A stretch of 64,000 bases of DNA, from contig JAZKJN010000004.1 of the NCBI GenBank assembly GCA_040384285.1, positions 28,810-92,809 on the forward strand, in the 5' to 3' direction. This document shows, piece by piece, positions 26,824-37,847 of the stretch (within the stretch, counting starts at the first letter, position 1; each line of letters begins with the position of its first letter). Below the pieces are notes generated by a model. The model did not search any database and was not told the DNA's origin. It saw nothing but the letters and a program-made list of their open reading frames with translations. The DNA comes from Patescibacteria group bacterium. Its GTDB lineage: Bacteria > Patescibacteriota > Minisyncoccia > Phycocordibacterales > PALSA-1337. A program made the position numbers and the translations under genes.

Positions 26824-27834
26824 TTACATTCCCTTCCCAATACTTGTCATAAACCTTGAGAGGAGTCTTCCTGTATCTGCTTCTCTTTCTCCAAAGCGTG
26901 ATCGCAAGACGATAATAGCTATGGGGTATGTCGTGTCTCCAAATTGATATTTGAAGAGCGACACCATACTCTCACCTGCTTCGTTTGTCCTTCCTGTCTT
27001 GCCTCCTATGAAATACTCGTTGCGAGTGAGAGGATTGATGGAAACAAAGCGATGCGATCCGTGGTCAGTGGTTGTTGCGAGTATATACTCTCGAGTCTTC
27101 GTGATATCGAGCAAAGATTTTTCATAGCTGTAGAGATACCGAGAGAAGGCAAAGAGATCCTGAGCACTGGAAATATTTCCAGGACTGATACCTGAAGCAT
27201 CTCGGAAGAACGTCTTACTCATACCGATCTCTTGAGCAAAGGCATTCATCTCCACGAGAAACTGTCCGTACCCATAAGAGAAAGCAAATGCTTCTGCTGC
27301 ATCATTGCTTGATTCTAGGACAAGAGGATAGAGCAATTCCTCAGGAGAGAACTTCTCACCTAGGACCAGGTGTCCCGCCTCTCCATACCCCAAGAGTGCC
27401 TCTTCTGTGATCTCCACCTTCTTTTCGGGATCCATGACGTGGCGAGCAATGAGGGATGTGTAGAGCTTGCTTATAGAGGCAATAGGAAAGACGCTGTCCT
27501 TACCCTGGCTCATGTAGATCTCTCCCGTCTCAAGATTCCCTACCACGTAGGCTTCTGCTGTAATCGGGTTTACTGGCGGTGTAAGAGGGTTCTTGAGCAA
27601 TGGAGCCTTCTCAGTCACCACACGATCACTTACATCCTCTCCAGCATCGGTGAATATCTTTTCATCAAGAGCATTTTCTTTTGGATGCAGAGCTTTGTAG
27701 AGACTAAATTCTTCTTTCACTACTTCATCATCTGTGGTTAACCGAGCTCTGTCGAGAACAAAACGTTCCCGCACCAAAAGCGCAATGATGATAAGGACGA
27801 GAGCGGAAATAAGAAGATACCTGTTGCGTCGCAT
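26824..27834 (-). CDS. dacA: D-alanyl-D-alanine carboxypeptidase (S11 serine peptidase, PBP5/6-like)
   Basis: SxxK (ASISKL), SxN (ESSND) and KTG (GKTGRT) motifs in order; N-terminal TM. Confidence 0.8.
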   Translation of the reverse strand: MRRNRYLLISALVLIIIALLVRERFVLDRARLTTDDEVVKEEFSLYKALHPKENALDEKIFTDAGEDVSDRVVTEKAPLLKNPLTPPVNPITAEAYVVGNLETGEIYMSQGKDSVFPIASISKLYTSLIARHVMDPEKKVEITEEALLGYGEAGHLVLGEKFSPEELLYPLVLESSNDAAEAFAFSYGYGQFLVEMNAFAQEIGMSKTFFRDASGISPGNISSAQDLFAFSRYLYSYEKSLLDITKTREYILATTTDHGSHRFVSINPLTRNEYFIGGKTGRTNEAGESMVSLFKYQFGDTTYPIAIIVLRSRFGEREADTGRLLSRFMTSIGKGM

Positions 27835-27849
27835 TCTCTACAGTATACT

Positions 27850-28332
27850 CTATCTCACGACAGATATGACGGGAGTGATTTCCCCAACTGCGGAGACCGT
27901 CACGCGTCCTGAAAGATCGACACTCAAAGAATATCCTGTGTCATAGGATTCGGTGCTCGAATAGAAACTTCCTGTGAGCGAAGGGTCGAACGGAAGAGAT
28001 GAAATGTAGGTAGGGACAAGACACTGCGCGATATCCACAGCGTCTCCACCCCCACTATCAACCTTTATCCGCGTAGGAGTTCCTGGTAATGTCTGCACTA
28101 CTGCTCCGCAAGTAAAGATTCCTTTATGTTCAGCGAGATTTTGCCCAACTGCGTTCAATAGAGCTGTGACATTACTTACTCTCTGTGAATCTCGCGCAAG
28201 CTTAAACTGCCGTGCAGGATTTACCGCAACGAGCACGACGGTAGCAAGTACAGCTATGATGCCGATCACCACCAATATTTCAATCAACGTAAAACCACCC
28301 CGCATACCTACTTTTTTCTTGTGTATTTTCAT
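27850..28332 (-). CDS. type IV pilin-like protein (prepilin-type N-terminal cleavage/methylation domain)
   Basis: MKIHKKKVGMRGGFTLIEILVVIGIIAVLATVVLVAV. Confidence 0.8.
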   Translation of the reverse strand: MKIHKKKVGMRGGFTLIEILVVIGIIAVLATVVLVAVNPARQFKLARDSQRVSNVTALLNAVGQNLAEHKGIFTCGAVVQTLPGTPTRIKVDSGGGDAVDIAQCLVPTYISSLPFDPSLTGSFYSSTESYDTGYSLSVDLSGRVTVSAVGEITPVISVVR

Positions 28333-28447
28333 ACTTTTTATATTACTTAATTCTGCTAATACGTAGAGCGTATCGGAGCGAGATAAAATCCATATAAAAA
28401 AGTTATGAAATCTTTATAAAGAAAATCCCCGGGTGGGGATTTCTTGT

Positions 28448-28603
28448 TTATTTCTTTGCCTCCTTGAAGACGACGTGCTTGCGAAGAGTCTTGCTAAATT
28501 TCTTAAGCTCGATCTTTCGCTCCACTTTCTTCTTGTTCTTGCGGGTCCAGTAGGTTTCTCCGCTTTCCTTGTTTTTTATCTGTATAACTTGAATCTGTGA
28601 CAT
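28448..28603 (-). CDS. rpmG: 50S ribosomal protein L33
   Basis: Translated by hand (51 aa, absent from the ORF track): MSQIQVIQIKNKESGETYWTRKNKKKVERKIELKKFSKTLRKHVVFKEAKK, the L33 signature YxTxKNK...LELKKF...KH..FKE. Confidence 0.85.
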   Translation of the reverse strand: MSQIQVIQIKNKESGETYWTRKNKKKVERKIELKKFSKTLRKHVVFKEAKK

Positions 28604-28718
28604 GGGGCATACTATACCCTAGATATATTAAAAATGCAATCAGATTCTCAGACAAAAGAAAACACCGGGTCCTGTAAAGGATATCCGGTGGTTTTTGAGG
28701 GACAAGCCAATGTTATGG

Positions 28719-29801
28719 TTATTGCTGCGCAAGAGGCAGTGGTGGGATGTTTATGTTGATCTCGGCAATGGGTATGCCACTGGAACCAACGCCCGTCGGC
28801 TCTTCCTCCGTCGGACCCGCATAGACTGACTGTGGCGGGTTAAAGGAAGGATCCCATTCGAAGTAGATCCGATAGGTGGTGGAGACGAGGAGATACGTCG
28901 GTCCATTTTGATCCATCGGGAAGTCGAAACCTCCCGGACTTCCCGGCTCCACACCAGGAGGCAGGAAGTAGATACGGGTAGGGCGTATTAATACGCCTTG
29001 CCCGTTGATGTAAACGATACCGCAGACATCGAAGCCCACGTAGTATTGTCCGTTCGTCACTGACACCATGAAGGTTGGCCTTTTTGTGTAGGTCCCTCCG
29101 ATGTTGGTGTGACTTTGGACATTGAACCGGTAGTGATTTGCACCCTCGAAAGAAACTGTCTTTCGCTGAACCCCTTGAACCTCGAGTGATTTCGGCACCG
29201 GGTCCGAGACCTTGTAGTTGGTGACCGAGCCATTGGTGTAGTAAACCACTAGTTCGGTGTTTGTACTTCCACACATGAAGGGTGGCCAGAGGAGCTGAGT
29301 GCTCTCAGTAACCTCGAGACTGTGTATTTGACCAATATTTCCAGTAGAGTCGAACGCATTAACATGCGCTGACTGAACTCCTGAGAACAGAGGCTGGTAC
29401 ATGAGGGTCATTGAGTAATCGGGCTCTAAGCCCGCTTCGTCTTCGGCACCGTTCCATTGCACTGCCGCAAACCACAGAACATTGCTTCTCACATCATAGA
29501 GATAGAGGTAGCCGGTGATGGTGGCGTTTGTCGTCAACAGCCGGTACTCGGGTTCTCCTTGGCAGAGTCGGTCTACGACCTGTTCTGCGCCAGAGCCCGT
29601 CGCTTCGATGATGGTTTGGGAGTTTTCGTACGTTGAGTCGATGGCAGTCGATTCAATTCTCCACACTCCGCGGACGACATTGTCGAGCGCGGTAAGGCGG
29701 AGGTGAACCAGACTGCCGATGGAGAGAAGTGCCTGATCGGCAGCCCCCAAGATGGAGGTCGTGCAGATGAGCACAAGAAGAAAGGACAATTTCGTTTTCA
29801 T
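28719..29801 (-). CDS. secreted hypothetical protein (360 aa)
   Basis: Signal peptide MKTKLSFLLVLICTTSILGAA; start at internal Met 29801. Confidence 0.5.
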   Translation of the reverse strand: MKTKLSFLLVLICTTSILGAADQALLSIGSLVHLRLTALDNVVRGVWRIESTAIDSTYENSQTIIEATGSGAEQVVDRLCQGEPEYRLLTTNATITGYLYLYDVRSNVLWFAAVQWNGAEDEAGLEPDYSMTLMYQPLFSGVQSAHVNAFDSTGNIGQIHSLEVTESTQLLWPPFMCGSTNTELVVYYTNGSVTNYKVSDPVPKSLEVQGVQRKTVSFEGANHYRFNVQSHTNIGGTYTKRPTFMVSVTNGQYYVGFDVCGIVYINGQGVLIRPTRIYFLPPGVEPGSPGGFDFPMDQNGPTYLLVSTTYRIYFEWDPSFNPPQSVYAGPTEEEPTGVGSSGIPIAEININIPPLPLAQQ

Positions 29802-29850
29802 TTTCAGTTTCAGTTTCGTGTTGATTTTTTGTTGTAGTTTTTGTGCTCGA

Positions 29851-30171
29851 TTATCTACGAGCTTGGTCGAGTTGGGATTCAGGGACAAAGCCGACCGGCT
29901 TGCCCTGGGTCAGCGGAGTGGTCTCGTGAAATTTGAAACCTTTCCGCTTAACAACAACCATTCGATTGCTCGATGACTCGTAAGAGGCACCAGCATCCTT
30001 TTTTTCGAGAGTCGCAGGCTTTTCACCCGCAACCTTTCTCGTCGCTTCGTCCACAGCCTCCTCTTGTTGAGGGGTCATGGACGGATACGAGGTATCCTGT
30101 TTGTTGGACCGCGTCACCATAAAGGCGATTGCTGCGACCAAACCCAGAGTACAAATGAATTTTGTTTTCAT
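29851..30171 (-). CDS. small secreted/membrane-anchored protein (106 aa), co-transcribed upstream of 28719-29801
   Basis: MKTKFICTLGLVAAIAFMV is a signal/anchor. Confidence 0.45.
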   Translation of the reverse strand: MKTKFICTLGLVAAIAFMVTRSNKQDTSYPSMTPQQEEAVDEATRKVAGEKPATLEKKDAGASYESSSNRMVVVKRKGFKFHETTPLTQGKPVGFVPESQLDQARR

Positions 30172-30365
30172 ACTAATCGTTCAGAGAATTCCAATTCAAA
30201 AACACACAACGAAGCTCCACACGGAACTTAACATTGACTTGTTGTTAAAGAACTGGAGAGAGGCTGTTTGACGAGTCTCTTTTGTTTTAAGTAACTGTAT
30301 ATATAGTATCATTAAAAAGAGGTAAAGTCAAGGTACTCTCTGAGACCTGTTGGGGGTACAATATA

Positions 30366-31493
30366 ATGATGAAAAAATGGCTTAAAAAGGCACTCTTTCG
30401 CCACCCCACTCGTACCCCCCTCATCACTGTTTTCCTCTCGCAAAAAGCACTTATCCACAACCTCCACTTCTTCCAAAATAAGGCCGGGCAAAGTCAGGTA
30501 GCACCGGTACTTAAAAGCAATGCGTACGGACACGGCCTCGTTCCTATCGCAGAGATTCTCGACTGTGAAGGACTTCCCTTTTTGATTGTTGACTCTTTTT
30601 TTGAAGCACACACGCTTCGGCATGCAGGTATCAAAAGTCCTCTTCTCGTGATCGGGTATTCGCGAGTCGAAGATATGCTTTCGCATCACATGAAAAATGT
30701 TTCTTTCACGATAACAAACTTAGACACTCTCAGAGAACTTTCTCAGTCGGCGCATAAAAATATTTCCATTCACCTCAAGATCGATACGGGCATGCATCGA
30801 CAAGGGATCATGCTTTCAGAAAAAAAAGAGGCAACTGAGATCATCAAGAAAAATCCTCATCTCAAGCTTGAAGGGATATGTTCCCATCTTGCAGAAGCTG
30901 GAGCTCTCGAGAAAACTTTTACCGAAAAACAAATTGTTGAATGGAATACCCTTGTTCCATATTTCAAAAAGGAATTTTCAACCCTCAAGTATTGGCACCT
31001 CGCAAATACCGATGGACATTTTCATACGGGAATCGAAGCAAATGTCACACGTTTGGGAATCGGCCTTTTTGGAATACACGGACCAGCCGAACTGAAACCT
31101 GTGATGCGGATAGAGACCATCATCACTTCCCTGCGGACGATCAGAGCAGGAGAAACTGTCGGATACGATAGAACGTTTGTTGCACAGAAAGACACAGCCG
31201 TTGCCACCATCCCTTTTGGCTACTACGAAGGCTTTGATCGAAGACTTTCAAATGTTGGTTCTCTAAAAATTGGTACGACATATTGCCCCATTGTTGGACG
31301 AGTGAGTATGAATATTACTTCGATCGATGTATCTGAAGTTCCTCACGCGAAAGTTGGAGATGTTGTAACTCCTGTAAGCGATGTGCGCAGTGATCTAAAT
31401 TCTTTTGAAGGAATTGCGGAAGCATGCGGAACGATCTCGTATGAAATGGTAGTGAGAATATCTCCGCTTTTAAAAAGGGTTGTGCGGGAGTAG
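30366..31493 (+). CDS. alr: alanine racemase
   Basis: PLP-binding VLKSNAYGHG; C-terminal beta domain. Confidence 0.85.
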   Translation: MMKKWLKKALFRHPTRTPLITVFLSQKALIHNLHFFQNKAGQSQVAPVLKSNAYGHGLVPIAEILDCEGLPFLIVDSFFEAHTLRHAGIKSPLLVIGYSRVEDMLSHHMKNVSFTITNLDTLRELSQSAHKNISIHLKIDTGMHRQGIMLSEKKEATEIIKKNPHLKLEGICSHLAEAGALEKTFTEKQIVEWNTLVPYFKKEFSTLKYWHLANTDGHFHTGIEANVTRLGIGLFGIHGPAELKPVMRIETIITSLRTIRAGETVGYDRTFVAQKDTAVATIPFGYYEGFDRRLSNVGSLKIGTTYCPIVGRVSMNITSIDVSEVPHAKVGDVVTPVSDVRSDLNSFEGIAEACGTISYEMVVRISPLLKRVVRE

Positions 31494-31541
31494 GCAATAA
31501 AAAAAGCGCAGGTGCGCTCTGTGTTACTGAAAAATACTGTC

Positions 31542-32369
31542 TCAAGGGATAAGCATCCGAAGTCGGGCTGCTCTGCGCACAGTACTTTTTTCGTTCTTGA
31601 CCTCATCCCAAAACCTCAGTTGATCTGAATGCTCAGCCTTTGCCAAAAAGGTGGCGCAATCTATGCTTACTCGCTGAGCAGCTGGCAAGCGAGGATCAAG
31701 AAGTCTTTGGAGATCCGGGTGCAGACGAAGCGTCGCACGAATGTCGCTCAGAGTGGCGGTGGAGATGCCAATCTCTGTGGCAAAGTCGTGGATATGTCCA
31801 TCCCTAAGATCAGAACCTTGGCGTTCTGCAAGCACCTCCTCGATCAACTGAGCGATCTTGACCCGACTCATCTTTCGATCACGAAGCAAGCTTTTAATCA
31901 TCGAGACCTTGTCGGAGTAATCGACCACTTCCTTTGCCTCTTCGAGGAAGACTTTCGCCTCCTGTGAAAGCGGGGTTGCGTGGACGTTAAATTGAGGCAG
32001 GGTATCCCGATCATTCCTCGTATCACCTCTCACCATGAGAAGGAAGGATTCTTTGAAATCCCCTTCTTCTTCAAGTGCTGAGGCACCTGCAAACCAGGTC
32101 TCTCCACGAGCAACTCGAACCCGTCTCCCACTCCCATCGAGGCAAAACATCTCAAAGGATCCTCCGATGAGCTTGCTTGGCACGTAGGAACAAAACATAG
32201 AGTGAGGGGCTTTTGCGATTATCTTGCTATCCAAGATAGTGATGTTGGTAAAGGCGTACTCACCCAAATAGTCCTTGAGAGCGTTGGGCTCTGTATGCCG
32301 ACCAAAAAAGACCTCTGCGCTGACGACTTCGAGCACCCTCGTTTCGGGTGCTTTGTCTTTCTTTTCCAT
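31542..32369 (-). CDS. hypothetical protein with C-terminal ParB/KorB-type HTH
   Basis: DFATEIGISTATLSDIRATLRLHPDLQRLLD resembles the ParB HTH. The N-terminal domain lacks the ParB GERRxRA box. Start at Met 32369. Confidence 0.4.
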   Translation of the reverse strand: MEKKDKAPETRVLEVVSAEVFFGRHTEPNALKDYLGEYAFTNITILDSKIIAKAPHSMFCSYVPSKLIGGSFEMFCLDGSGRRVRVARGETWFAGASALEEEGDFKESFLLMVRGDTRNDRDTLPQFNVHATPLSQEAKVFLEEAKEVVDYSDKVSMIKSLLRDRKMSRVKIAQLIEEVLAERQGSDLRDGHIHDFATEIGISTATLSDIRATLRLHPDLQRLLDPRLPAAQRVSIDCATFLAKAEHSDQLRFWDEVKNEKSTVRRAARLRMLIP

Positions 32370-32459
32370 AATTTTCCTTGGCTGATTGTTGATACTTTCT
32401 GAACGCAAAGTATCACAAAAGACCATTGAGGTCAATGGTTATGTAAGTTTTTAAAAATG

Positions 32460-32542
32460 TGCGCCGTGCTGGACTCGAACCAGCGATGCCCAAAGGGCCG
32501 GAGATTTACAGTCTCCTGGAATAGCCGCTATCCGAACGGCGC
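32460..32542 (-). tRNA. tRNA-Tyr (anticodon GTA), type II with long variable arm
   Basis: Reverse complement gives GCGCCGT...GGAGA-CTGTAAA-TCTCC...GGCCCTTTGGGCATC...GCTGGTTCGAGTCCAGC-ACGGCGC-A. Confidence 0.85.
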
Positions 32543-32589
32543 ATGTACTTACTATAAAAAAGAACTGGTATGAGTCTACCAGATTCCTT

Positions 32590-35274
32590 TTATTTCTGCA
32601 CCTCTGCACTCGAGAGAAGGAGTGGAGCATCCATCTTCTTTCGCTTCTTTACATCAAAGGTAAATTCTCCGTTCTTCATACCGACGTTGATCACTCCCCC
32701 CCTCGACACTCCCTGAGAGATCATGAGGGACGCGATCGGTGTAAGAATTTTGTTTTGGATGAGACGCTTGAGCGGTCGCGCACCATAGTGAGGATTGTAT
32801 CCCTCCTTTGCGAGATAGGTCAAAACCTCCGGAGTTACGGTGAGGTAAATCTCCTTTGCACGGATACGATCGACGACCGCCTGCACCTGGATTTTTACGA
32901 TCTTTTCGATTGACTCGCGGTTCAAGATATCAAAGAGGATAATATCGTCGACACGGTTTAGGAATTCTGGGCGGAAATAGTCTTTGAGACTTGTCATCAC
33001 TTTTGTTTTTGCTTCATCGTAGTTGTCCTTATCAAGACTTTCTCCTGATGCTTCTTTTGCAAAACCAATCTTTTCCATCTTCTCTATATACTGTGCACCA
33101 ATGTTTGAAGTCATAATGATGACTGTGTTTTTGAAGTTCACTGTACGTCCCTTTGAGTCGGTGAGGCGACCGTTGTCGAGAACCTGGAGAAGTATGTTGA
33201 AAACTTCCGGATGTGCCTTTTCGATCTCATCAAAAAGAATCACAGCATACGGACGTCGTCGCACTGTCTCTGTGAGTCCCCCTGAATCGTCGTGTCCTAC
33301 GTAGCCCGGAGGCGCACCAATCAACTTTGATACTGAGTGTTTCTCCATGTATTCAGACATGTCCACTCGGATGAGTGCACGGTCGTCACTAAAGAGAAGT
33401 TCTGCAAGAGCTTTTGTGAGCTCAGTCTTTCCCACTCCGGTAGGTCCAAGGAAGATAAATGATCCGATAGGTCGTGAGGGATCGGCAATGCCTGCTCGAG
33501 ATCGCTTTATGGTATCTGCGATTTTCTTGACGGCCTCGTCTTGTCCGACAATTTTCATCTTGAGGTCATCTTCCATACGAGCGAGTTTTCGCGCCTCCTC
33601 TTCGAGCATTCGAGAAACTGGAATACCGGTCCATCGAGATACGACGTCTGCGATATCCTGTTCAGTGATTTCCTCCTTCAAAATTCGTCGTGAAGACTGG
33701 AGCTTTTTGAGACGCTTGTTTTTTGCCTCGAGATCTTTTTCGAGCTGAGGAATTCGGCCATAACGGATCTCTGCAGCCTTTGAGAGATCTGCGTGTGCTT
33801 CTGCAGCCTCCGCTTCAATACGCAAAGTTTCCAAATCTTTTTTGATCTGTTTGATATCGGCAATAGTTTCCTTTTCGTTCTTCCACTTGAGTTCGAGCTC
33901 GCTAGTGCTTTCTTTGAGATCGGCAATTTCACTCTCGATCTTCAGTGTTCGTGCACGAGCATTTTTGTCGTGTTCTTTTTTGAGAGCTTCCCGCTCGATC
34001 TCAAGTCGCATGATTCTTCGTCGTGTCTCTTCGAGCTGTGGCGGCATGTTTTCAAGAGAAATTTTCAATGCACTTGCTGCCTCGTCGATGAGATCAACAG
34101 TCTTATCAGGAAGGAATCGATCAGAGATATATCGACTTGAAAGGTTGACCGCGGCGACGATGGCGTCATCGGTAATACGCACTCCATGGAAGAGCTCATA
34201 CTTTTCTTTGAGTCCTCGGAGTATTGCAACAGCGTCATCGATGGTAGGTTCATTTACAAAGACTGGCTGGAAACGTCGCGTGAGAGCGGGATCTTTTTCG
34301 ATATGCTTTTGATATTCTTTCAAAGTTGTGGCTCCTATTGCTCGAAGTTCTCCACGAGAAAGTGCGGGCTTCAACATGTTTGAAGCGTCCATTGACCCCT
34401 CAGATGCACCGGCACCGACGATGGTGTGGATCTCATCGACAAAGAGAATAATTTTTCCTTCTGATCGCTCCACTTCTTTCAAAATATTTTTAAGTCGCTC
34501 TTCAAATTCTCCTCGATACTTTGTACCAGCAATGAGAGATCCGAGATCAAGAGACATGAGCTCTTTGTCTTTCAAAGATTCTGGAATATCTCCCTGTGCC
34601 ATACGAAGTGCGAGTCCTTCGACAATTGCTGTCTTTCCCACTCCTGCTTCACCGATGAGGATTGGATTGTTTTTTGTTCTTCGAGAAAGGATCTGGATCA
34701 CGCGGAGGATTTCATTGTCTCGTCCGATCACAGGATCGAGTTTGTTTTCTTTTGCGAGTTTTGTGAGTGAACGTGCGTATTTTGAAAGAGTTCGCAATTG
34801 CTTTGGCTTTGCATCGCCTACGACGTCTGTCGTTTTGAGATCTTCGATCACGGTGAGTACGCCTGCGCGGTCGATCTTGAAACGAGCAAGGATGTCTCGT
34901 GCCTGACCAGCGACATCAAAAAGAGCGACGAAAAGATGCTCCGTAGAGATAAATTCATCTTTGAGTTCAGCTGAAACTTTTGCCGCGCTTTCAAAAACTG
35001 AGGCAAGCTCAGGAGTGATATAAATCTGATATGAAGGAGAAAGGACCCGTCCCGCTTCTGGAGACTCGAGGTGCTCGAGGATGAGGTCAGTAAGGAGCAT
35101 GGTGTCGATCTCCATCTTGTCGAGGATAGAGGTGACCATGCTCTCTTCCTGGAGGATCAATGCACACAAAAGATGCACGGGGTTTACGTGGTTTGTGCTG
35201 CGCTCTATGGCCAGTTCGTGAGAACGGCGAAGAGCCTCCTTGGCCTTTGTTGTGAAATTTCCCATTGGGGGCAT
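32590..35274 (-). CDS. clpB: ATP-dependent chaperone ClpB
   Basis: Two AAA+ modules ([15 protein letters not shown]; [17 protein letters not shown]) separated by a long coiled-coil M-domain; N-domain present. Confidence 0.95.
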   Translation of the reverse strand: MPPMGNFTTKAKEALRRSHELAIERSTNHVNPVHLLCALILQEESMVTSILDKMEIDTMLLTDLILEHLESPEAGRVLSPSYQIYITPELASVFESAAKVSAELKDEFISTEHLFVALFDVAGQARDILARFKIDRAGVLTVIEDLKTTDVVGDAKPKQLRTLSKYARSLTKLAKENKLDPVIGRDNEILRVIQILSRRTKNNPILIGEAGVGKTAIVEGLALRMAQGDIPESLKDKELMSLDLGSLIAGTKYRGEFEERLKNILKEVERSEGKIILFVDEIHTIVGAGASEGSMDASNMLKPALSRGELRAIGATTLKEYQKHIEKDPALTRRFQPVFVNEPTIDDAVAILRGLKEKYELFHGVRITDDAIVAAVNLSSRYISDRFLPDKTVDLIDEAASALKISLENMPPQLEETRRRIMRLEIEREALKKEHDKNARARTLKIESEIADLKESTSELELKWKNEKETIADIKQIKKDLETLRIEAEAAEAHADLSKAAEIRYGRIPQLEKDLEAKNKRLKKLQSSRRILKEEITEQDIADVVSRWTGIPVSRMLEEEARKLARMEDDLKMKIVGQDEAVKKIADTIKRSRAGIADPSRPIGSFIFLGPTGVGKTELTKALAELLFSDDRALIRVDMSEYMEKHSVSKLIGAPPGYVGHDDSGGLTETVRRRPYAVILFDEIEKAHPEVFNILLQVLDNGRLTDSKGRTVNFKNTVIIMTSNIGAQYIEKMEKIGFAKEASGESLDKDNYDEAKTKVMTSLKDYFRPEFLNRVDDIILFDILNRESIEKIVKIQVQAVVDRIRAKEIYLTVTPEVLTYLAKEGYNPHYGARPLKRLIQNKILTPIASLMISQGVSRGGVINVGMKNGEFTFDVKKRKKMDAPLLLSSAEVQK

Positions 35275-35501
35275 ATCAATACGATACCTTATTTTAGGGG
35301 GTTGTGGAAGGGGTTTAGGGCAAAAAATACTAAAGAAATGAATGAACGTAGAAAGTTGACATTTTAGCTTATTTATGCTAATATATACATACCGCTGAAA
35401 TGTAGTAAGTGGTCCATCATAGCTTGGTTAAGCTAGAGGTTATCCGATGGATAATCACACAGTACCTTGACAACGATGTTGTCATCAGAAAGTTAAATAC
35501 C

Positions 35502-36338
35502 ATGAAAGCAAGTGCACATCTCTCTGTCGCCGTTTCAAACAACGTGGCAGTCTTCTCAATGCCCTTTCATCCTGGATGGATGAATTTCCTGGGTGCGAGT
35601 TGCACCGCCTGTTGTGAGGCTGGCAGTTCAGCCGCAACATTCACCATCACCGCCAAACCTGGTGAGGACGCTGTGGTTGTCATCATGACGACTCACAAGC
35701 AAACGAGTAAAGGAGGAGGGTTCGACGACAATCTTTGCGTCATTCCCATCACCTGGAACCAGGGCAAGATGATCGTTGATCTGGAAAAACCTTTCCTGTC
35801 GATGTCTGATCGCCTACTCAATGTGAGCAAGACTGTGACCACTGGGACATCCTTGATGGTTACAACCCGAGGACAAAAATTCATCTACACCAAGACCCCG
35901 CCAGCCGAAGGGGTCGAAGGGATGCGTCTTGTTGCGAATGCTACGACACTCCTCGGCTATGCAGTCGGTCATGTCTCATTCGAAAGCCTCGAAGCGGCGG
36001 CGACTCTCGACAAACGCTCGCTCGAGGAACGTGAAAAAACAGAGGCTCTCGCCAGGCTCGGTCAAGCCGAGAGCGAGATTAGCGAGTTGCAAAGGCAGCT
36101 CAAGAATTCAGCTTCGGAGTCCACCGAGGCGCGAAGGTACCTGAGTGAAACCTTAGTGCAACTCAACCAAGCCAACTCCCTCGTGAATACCCTTACGAGC
36201 ACCAAGGAAGTACTCTCCGAGATCATCTTGGCTGTCACCGATGCGCTCTGGAATACGGGTGCCGCGAAAACTCGCTTTGGTTTTCTCTGGTGGACCAAAC
36301 TTGCGAAGATCCGAGCAGCCTACGAACTCAAGAAATGA
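35502..36338 (+). CDS. hypothetical protein with C-terminal coiled coil (278 aa)
   Basis: Promoter TTGACA-17-TAATAT at 35357; terminator 36345-36392. Confidence 0.5.
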   Translation: MKASAHLSVAVSNNVAVFSMPFHPGWMNFLGASCTACCEAGSSAATFTITAKPGEDAVVVIMTTHKQTSKGGGFDDNLCVIPITWNQGKMIVDLEKPFLSMSDRLLNVSKTVTTGTSLMVTTRGQKFIYTKTPPAEGVEGMRLVANATTLLGYAVGHVSFESLEAAATLDKRSLEEREKTEALARLGQAESEISELQRQLKNSASESTEARRYLSETLVQLNQANSLVNTLTSTKEVLSEIILAVTDALWNTGAAKTRFGFLWWTKLAKIRAAYELKK

Positions 36339-36408
36339 TTCAGGTTTCCGAACACGACCGCCGGTGGCAACACTGGCGGTCTTTTTATTTCCTCAAATCA
36401 CGCTATCT

Positions 36409-36437
36409 TTGACATTTATCAAGACCGATGATATTAA
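36409..36437 (+). promoter_or_regulatory. sigma70-like promoter TTGACA-17-TATTAA
   Basis: ttgacatttatcaagaccgatgatattaa. Confidence 0.5.
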
Positions 36438-36473
36438 TTCTAATTAGTCGAATCATTAATCCCGAAGAAAATT

Positions 36474-36710
36474 ATGCCAGGACCCTATTTTGAAGGACAG
36501 CAGCCTTTTCACACTTGTGGATGTTACTATCCAGACATAACACGGATTAGCGATGACCCAAGAAACGGAAAGCGACTTCTTTATTGCAGAGTTCACGGTG
36601 AACTCCCCTATGATGTGGAGGCTCCTCCCGATACCAACTCACCCATACCCAGTCTAGCCTGGAGGATCCGAGAAAGAGAACGTATTCGGAAAGCTGGGAA
36701 GATCCATTAA
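36474..36710 (+). CDS. small Cys/His-containing (zinc-ribbon-like) protein (78 aa)
   Basis: HTCGC...YCRVHG; own promoter and terminator 36737-36772. Confidence 0.4.
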   Translation: MPGPYFEGQQPFHTCGCYYPDITRISDDPRNGKRLLYCRVHGELPYDVEAPPDTNSPIPSLAWRIRERERIRKAGKIH

Positions 36711-36757
36711 TTTGCGACAAGTATCGTATCCGCCGACCTAGAGTGTCGGCGGCTTTT

Positions 36758-37819
36758 TTATTTCCTCAAATTCCCTATCACCCTCAACACCTTTTTCAAT
36801 TGCCCCTTCGTCGTCCCCCTTCCAAAAGAAAATCTTAGTGATGTTTTTGAGTCCGCTCCAATTGCTTTTAATACATACGATTCATCTTCATCTCGCAGAC
36901 ACGCACTTTTTGTTGAACACTCTATCCCCTTTGCATCAAGCTGGAGCAAGAAGAATTCATTATCAATTTTAGGAATGGAAACAGAAAGTATATGCGGTGC
37001 AGAATTTTCTAGAGTTCCATTGATCTTTAGTTCGGGGATTATTTTTTTCAATTCATCTATAAAAAACTTCTTGAGTTCCGCCACGCACGCAGTTTCTTTT
37101 TCACGCAAAACTTCAGCTTTCTCAAGTGCATACACAAACCCCATAATCCCTGGAAGATTTTCAGTTCCTGCACGCTTCACTTTCAAGCCTCGTCGTACAT
37201 AGAGCATTCCCATTCCTCGTGGTCCATAGATCTTTGCACCATCAAGAGTCAAGAGATCAACTCCAAGCTGTTCTATATATAAAGGTATGTAAAGAGGTGC
37301 CTGGCAGGCGTCAGTGTGGAGCAATGGAAGGGCGGAATTGTTTTTCTTACGAACATCACGAACAATCTTTGCAATTTCTTTCAAAGGCTCGATAGTTCCG
37401 ATTTCATTGTTTACGAGCATCACAGATACGAGAACTGTTTCAGAAGTGATAGATGATTTCAATTGCTCAAGGTCTACAACACCATGTGCATCGACAGAAA
37501 CATGAACAGTGTTTGGAGCATCGATGAGTGAGGAGTGTTCAATTGCACTCATCACAATCTGCTTTCCTTCTGCGAGTTCTATTACCAACTTGTTTGCCTC
37601 TGTTCCGCCAGATGTAAAGACAATCTCATCCGCATGAGCATGGAGAACTTTTGCCACACGAGTACGAGCATCGAGAAGCGCCTTTGAAGCCAGCGTTCCT
37701 GAAGCGTGGAGTGATGAAGGGTTTGAATACTTGTCACTAGAGTACTTCTTTGCAACACGCAGAACACCCCTGTCGATCGGGGTCAGTGAGGCGTAATCAA
37801 GATAAATGCGAGTTCTCAT
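36758..37819 (-). CDS. cysteine desulfurase (NifS/IscS-like class V aminotransferase)
   Basis: SGGTEANKL and SAHKIYGPRGMGMLYVR (PLP-Lys); 353 aa. Confidence 0.85.
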   Translation of the reverse strand: MRTRIYLDYASLTPIDRGVLRVAKKYSSDKYSNPSSLHASGTLASKALLDARTRVAKVLHAHADEIVFTSGGTEANKLVIELAEGKQIVMSAIEHSSLIDAPNTVHVSVDAHGVVDLEQLKSSITSETVLVSVMLVNNEIGTIEPLKEIAKIVRDVRKKNNSALPLLHTDACQAPLYIPLYIEQLGVDLLTLDGAKIYGPRGMGMLYVRRGLKVKRAGTENLPGIMGFVYALEKAEVLREKETACVAELKKFFIDELKKIIPELKINGTLENSAPHILSVSIPKIDNEFFLLQLDAKGIECSTKSACLRDEDESYVLKAIGADSKTSLRFSFGRGTTKGQLKKVLRVIGNLRK

Positions 37820-37847
37820 TTGATAAAAAGTATTCTATACTTGTACC

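Noticed and set aside
32590-35274. Several 90-190-aa + strand ORFs (33023, 33347, 33793, 33842, 34328...) inside clpB
   Set aside because: They are antisense shadows of the high-confidence clpB; the Ser/Arg-rich translations have no motifs.
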